Source of the DNA: Rebecca billardiae RCC1528
Taxonomy: Eukaryota > Protista > Haptophyta
Direction of reading: 5' to 3'
Length of the DNA stretch: 64,000 nt
Assembly (NCBI GenBank): GCA_965240325.2
Contig: OZ251223.1
Location: forward strand, 3,658,001 to 3,722,000
Part shown: positions 59,395 through 64,000 of the stretch, piece after piece
How the letters are laid out: the number at the start of each line of letters is the position of its first letter
Numbering within the stretch: the first letter of the stretch is position 1
Program-made: the position numbers and the translations under genes
The notes under the pieces: generated by a model
What the model saw: only the letters and a program-made list of their open reading frames with translations
Told to the model about the DNA's origin: nothing
Databases searched by the model: none

Positions 59395-60783
59395 TCATCG
59401 GACGAATCTGTCGCCATCTGAAGATGTGTCGTCGCCACCAATCAGATTATCAGCATCGGCGGCAGCAACAGTTGTCGCCCTAGACGCGGCGGATAACGAG
59501 GCGTACGAGACGTTGCGCTTCCAGCTCGGCTTAGCGGCACCAGCTGGCGATTCGACGGTGCCAGAGAGGTGCTGCCGGCGCTGCGCCTCCACGAGCAGCT
59601 GCACGCCCCGCGCGACGACCTCCTCCGCCTCTGCATTCGTGAGAGGCGCAACCATGCGGAGGTGCGCGGCCGCGCGCACGAGGTACGCCACCTGCAGAGC
59701 GGCCGTGATCGTCTCGATGGTGCAGGCGCTCGTGGCGAGGTGAGGGTACCGCGCACTCACGATCGCCCACGCCAACAGCTGCGCCCACGCCTCCTCGTCC
59801 ATCGCGCCGCACGAGACAGCGCGGCCGATGGCCGTCGCAATGCTCGCTGGGACAGCGACGGAAAGGTGGGCCTCCGCATCGACCCACAGCCGCACGGCGG
59901 CGTCGACGAGGCACGACGGGTCGGCGACCAGCTCGGGCACCTCTGAGAGGGGCTCGTCGCCCACCCACGCGGCGAGTGGCACACGGGCCGCCGGCCGCTG
60001 CTCCTCTTCGTGATGGCTCTTGCCCCGTGGTGGTGGCGGGACGGCGGCGACCTGAGCGAGGCAGGCGGCGATCACCTGGCGCGACATGGGCACCAGCTTG
60101 GGCAGCGAGGGCTTGTGCACCTTTGGGGGCAGCTCCGCCTCAGCCATGCGAAGCCCTGCTTGAATACTAGCCGTCGTCATCAGGATGTCGATCCCGTAGG
60201 TGGCCGCCTCCGCGGGCCAGCTGGCAGCGGCTTCGCAGAAGAGGCGCGCTGCGGCTGCGGAGAAGGCAAAGTCGCCCCCGATCGGCTGGCGGATGTTGAT
60301 GGCATGCACAGCCGCAATGATCGGGTGGCACACCAGGTTCGTGATCGTCCCGTCGAAGCGGTGGCGCCGGTAGCGCGGCGCGACGAACTGGGCATCCGCC
60401 AGGAGCGCAGCCGCAAACGTGCCGATCCACGCGGGCGTGATGGTCTCGAGGTCGGTGTCGAGCGTGATGCAGTAGCGCGCACCGGAGGCGACGACGTGCT
60501 CGAACACGGCGCTCAGCGCTACGCCCTTGCCCGCGGCTGGCAGGGCCGTCGTGATGGAGCGCTTGTCTGCGCGCGTGCGCGTCGCTGCAAAGGCGTCCCG
60601 GGTGCCGTCATTCGAGAGGCAGTCCGCGTTGAGGAGTAGGCAGCGAAGGCCAGCGAAATACGTCGCGGCGCCCTCGTCGGCAGCCTGCGTCACGCGCGCG
60701 ATGGAGTCGGCCTCGTTGAACGAGGGAAGGCCGATCACCACGTCGTACTGCTGCCTGTCGGCGTCTTGCGCGCACGTGATCAT
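59395..60783 (-). CDS. GT-A glycosyltransferase, glucosyl-/mannosylglycerate synthase-like
   Basis: IGLPSFNEADSI, GKG.A, DTD motif, PRYRRHRFDGTITN, IRQPIGGDF, YGIDILMT and KVHK. Intronless. Confidence 0.8.
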   Translation of the reverse strand: MITCAQDADRQQYDVVIGLPSFNEADSIARVTQAADEGAATYFAGLRCLLLNADCLSNDGTRDAFAATRTRADKRSITTALPAAGKGVALSAVFEHVVASGARYCITLDTDLETITPAWIGTFAAALLADAQFVAPRYRRHRFDGTITNLVCHPIIAAVHAINIRQPIGGDFAFSAAAARLFCEAAASWPAEAATYGIDILMTTASIQAGLRMAEAELPPKVHKPSLPKLVPMSRQVIAACLAQVAAVPPPPRGKSHHEEEQRPAARVPLAAWVGDEPLSEVPELVADPSCLVDAAVRLWVDAEAHLSVAVPASIATAIGRAVSCGAMDEEAWAQLLAWAIVSARYPHLATSACTIETITAALQVAYLVRAAAHLRMVAPLTNAEAEEVVARGVQLLVEAQRRQHLSGTVESPAGAAKPSWKRNVSYASLSAASRATTVAAADADNLIGGDDTSSDGDRFVR

Positions 60784-60988
60784 GATTGACGCGCAGATTT
60801 AGATTCACCGGCGCCGGCGGTGGACAGCTCCTGGGCGTGCCCGGAGGGATCCGGCCATCCGGGATGATTAAGACTGTAATAAAGTACACTATGGGGGTAC
60901 GGCAACAAATGATAGTACAAAGTATGATAGATACGGTAGGACAATAGCACAGTAGTCCTCTAGATAGCAGCTTGCGTACTACTCTTAT

Positions 60989-62596
60989 TGGCCCGCGGTG
61001 CAGGGCGGAGCGCGTAGCGTGGAGCCCCGCCGGGGGCCCTCACTACGTTGTCAAAAAGATCTTTTGATCAAAGAAAAGGGGACGGGGGACGATTTTGAGG
61101 GCTGTTGGAGGGTGAGTTTTCGCTTTTTCGAGGGGTACATTGGCCCATTGCTTTGCATTAGCAAGACTCGATTGACGAAATAGCCGCGCCCGCTCCAATT
61201 CCGTATCTACGGACGGACGTGAGCCTGTGGTCTGTGGACGTGCATTTGTCAGTATATCTGGGTGAACGAATCTGCGATTTGTTGTAAATCTTCATACGAC
61301 CATAATGTTGCCAAATAGGACGAGGACCCAAGCGCGTGCGATGGAGGTCCTGGGCTCCTGGCAAAAAGTCTCGTCAAGTACTCAACTTTACTAACGACGA
61401 ACCTTTGCGCGCTGCCAAATTACTCAACTTTACTAACGACGAACCTTTGCGCGCTGCCAAATGGGACGAGACCCAAGCGCAGTGATGCATGGAGGTCCTA
61501 CCAAAAATCCGTCAAGTACTCAACTTTACTGACGACGAACCTTTGCGCTCCCGGCGAGTATGATGCGTCGCATCCGATTACCGATTGGCCGAGTCTGAAC
61601 TATGACGAACGGCACCCCAAGGGAGGACCTCCCTTGGGCACCCGGTATTGGATGGCGGCCCGAGGGCCGAGGCCGAACACAGCAGGTTTTTTACCCGGGC
61701 GCGGGCCCTGCCCGCGCGGGCGCGTTCGTCCTCGAGGAGGAGCGCGCAAGGGCGAGCCGAGTCCGGAGCACTACGCGTAAGCTCGTTCGTTGCTAGAGGA
61801 GGAGCGCGCCGCGAGCACGCAACGGATGCGCCCGGAGCTAGCGCGGCTGAAGGGCGAGCTCGAGCACGCGAGCTCGCTCCTCGTGACGTCGAGCGCGAGC
61901 TCCTCCTTAGCAACTCGGTCGACGGCGGCGTGGAGGTGCAGCAGCGTGAGGACAAGCAGGAGCAGTGACAGTCGTGGAACGCGCGCCGGTTCCCGTTCGG
62001 TCGCGCAGCCGGGCGCCCAGCTGACTCGGGCCGTGCATCGGAGCACGTGCGCGCGCAGGCGCTGGGCGCCGAGCTGGCCCGGAAGCGCGGCGCCGAGCTC
62101 GACGCGCTGCGCCGTGCGCGACGCGGCGACGGACGCGCTGGCTGGGCGCGCGCGGCGCCCTCGTCGCGACGCCCCGTGCAGCAGCTCGAGCAGCCAGCTG
62201 TGGAGTAGACGGCCGTCGACTCGAGGGCGCCACCGCGCCGGGTGAGTGAGCACGCACGGGCTCAGCCTCGGTCGGCTGGCTGGCCGCCGCTGCTTCGAGG
62301 CCGACGCGGCGGAGGAGGCGGCGGGCGAGCACGCTGCACGGTGGCGCGGTGGAGCAGGCGCGCACGCGCGGCGGCAGGCGCGACCCGCCGCTCGCCTCGT
62401 TCCACCCCGAGCTCCGCGCTCGGTCTCGCCTCTCGGTGCGCGGCTGCGCAGCGCCGTGAGTGAGCGCACGGGCCCGGGGGGCGGGGCCGCAGCAGTGGCG
62501 CGCGCTCTCGCTCTGCCGGCACGAGGCGCAACGGAGGGTGCACCGCGGGCCTCTAACTACGTTGGTTCTACGGAAGGACCGCGGAACGCGGTCATA
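60989..62596 (+). mobile_element. Non-autonomous Helentron/HINE-like element, copy 2
   Basis: GGCCCGCGGTG at 60990, CACCGCGGGCC at 62541, hairpin GACCGCGGAACGCGGTC at 62577-62593. The first ~120 bp are the inverse of ~55475-55594. Confidence 0.7.
61311..61548. repeat. Nested short tandem repeats (42-bp unit)
   Basis: tactcaactttactaacgacgaacctttgcgc at 61379, 61421 and, as a variant, 61517. Confidence 0.85.
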
Positions 62597-62781
62597 GTCA
62601 TCGTCCCCAAATATGGATGATGATGATGACTAATTATAGTTGGACCCTATTTCTTAAATCATAGAATTAATCTATGGTTCAGAAGACGGCGCAGGTCTCC
62701 TGATTCGTCGGCGGCAGTGCTTCGAACCCCGATCTCCCGATATCATAGTCAGATCGTTGCCAGCGTTTGCAGTGGCGTACG

Positions 62782-64000
62782 ATGGCCGATGCCCGAAAAA
62801 GCGAGGGTCCGGCTCGGCCGACCGGGGCGCTCTCGCTAGCGTACGCAGGCCTGGGCGCGGGCTTTGCGTACAACCCGTACATGCAGGTTTGGATGCGCGT
62901 AGACCTTGGCCTCCCTCCCGCAGCTCTCGGCGCGCTCACGGCAAGCACGTTCGCAACGAATGCGCTCGTCGTGCCAGCGATGGGGATGGCGTTTGACCGC
63001 GTGCGCTCTGCCGCGGGCAAGCGCGCGCTCTTCGCCGCGCTCATCTGCGGCGCCGGTGGCGTGCACGTGCTATACACCGCCTTTCTTGGTCCGCGCACGC
63101 CGCGGCCCGCCGTGTACGCCCTCGTGCTGCTGGGCGAGGCGCTCGCCTACTCAGCGCAGGCGCAGTTTGACGCGCTTGTGCTGCTGCAGCTCGGCGCGGA
63201 CAAGCTGCGGTTCGGACGGGTCCGGCTGTGGTTCGCACTGAGCTTGGGCCTCGCGGTGGCCGCCGTCGGCCTCGCCCGCCCCGCGCGCATGCCACTCGGC
63301 CGGCTGCTCTTTCCCGCCAACGCTGCCATCTTTTGTACCCTCGGGCTGTGCATGTGGGCCGGCCCGCCCACGCGCGCGTGCTGCGTTGCGCGCGCAGCAC
63401 GCCGCTCGGGGTACTGGACGCGGCAGTCGGACGAGGAGGTGGCGCACACCGAGGCAACAATAGCTGCGGCCACGGCCACCAAGGCCGCGCCGTGGGGCGC
63501 CGCTGCACCGGAGGCGGAGGGAGCTCCGGCAGGCGCCACGCAGTCAGCGGGTGCCGCGCGCGTGCAGCCCTCGACGCCCCTCTCGACCCGCCTCAGCCAC
63601 CTCGCGCGCGCGGCCGGCTGGCGCGGTGTGGGCACGTGTGCGGTGGTGTGCGCGCTCGGCATCTCCGCCAAGAGCCTCAACGCGTTTGTGTTCCTGCGCA
63701 TCCGCAGCCTGGGCGGCAGCACGCGGACGATGGGGCTGGCCACGCTGATCAACGTGCTCGCCGAGCTGCCCTTTTTCTACCAGTCTAAGGCCATCATCCA
63801 GACGCTGGGCCCGCAGCGCGTGCTGTACCTCGGGCTCTGCTGCTACGTGGTCCGGGCGCTGTGGTACGCAGCCGTGCGCACGCCCTGGCTCGTCCTCGTG
63901 GTCGAGCCTCTGCACGGGGTCACGTTTGCGCTGGTCTGGGCGACCCTCGTGTCGATCTTTGCGCACGCGGCGCCCGGGCTGGAGGGCACTGCGCAGGGTG
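62782..64000 (+). CDS. MFS transporter, MFSD6/MFS_1_like (3' truncated by window end)
   Basis: Frame read by hand from ATG 62782 to the window end. Motifs PYMQVWM...LG, FGRVRLW, AELPFF and VEPLHGVTFAL. Absent from the ORF track because it has no stop. Confidence 0.85.
   Translation, partial: MADARKSEGPARPTGALSLAYAGLGAGFAYNPYMQVWMRVDLGLPPAALGALTASTFATNALVVPAMGMAFDRVRSAAGKRALFAALICGAGGVHVLYTAFLGPRTPRPAVYALVLLGEALAYSAQAQFDALVLLQLGADKLRFGRVRLWFALSLGLAVAAVGLARPARMPLGRLLFPANAAIFCTLGLCMWAGPPTRACCVARAARRSGYWTRQSDEEVAHTEATIAAATATKAAPWGAAAPEAEGAPAGATQSAGAARVQPSTPLSTRLSHLARAAGWRGVGTCAVVCALGISAKSLNAFVFLRIRSLGGSTRTMGLATLINVLAELPFFYQSKAIIQTLGPQRVLYLGLCCYVVRALWYAAVRTPWLVLVVEPLHGVTFALVWATLVSIFAHAAPGLEGTAQG

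Overview
Very GC-rich eukaryotic nuclear DNA with short GC-rich GT-AG introns, signal-peptide-bearing plastid-type proteins and compact gene spacing. A haptophyte alga (Pavlovales-like) is my inference and is not verified. About 24 protein-coding genes are supported: bestrophin, a TIR-like membrane protein, BTB protein, TraB-family protein, ABM protein, BOP1/ERB1, LYR protein, Rieske/PAO-like oxygenase, dihydroorotase, a ubiquitin-membrane protein fusion, PGAM5, PCYT2, MFSD5, ABC-F, PSMA2, a thioredoxin-like 2Fe-2S protein, a WW-PH protein, a Ggs/Mgs-like glycosyltransferase, an MFSD6-like transporter and several hypotheticals. The most striking structure, at 12464-25662, is a TA-flanked element with an LTR-like layout. 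Apparently identical 794-bp direct terminal repeats, each bounded by imperfect inverted termini, enclose an internal module with its own 9-bp inverted ends, an intact IS630/Tc1-type transposase (DD47E spacing) and a 9 x ~417-bp satellite with higher-order structure. The internal module appears twice across a 200-N gap, most likely an unmerged contig overlap, so the real unit is probably about 7.3 kb. Other mobile DNA includes a foldback element with 397-bp TIRs and a 7-bp TSD, a 1.8-kb TIR element with a 7-bp TSD, and two inverted Helentron/HINE-like elements. All coordinates were read by eye and no database searches were run.
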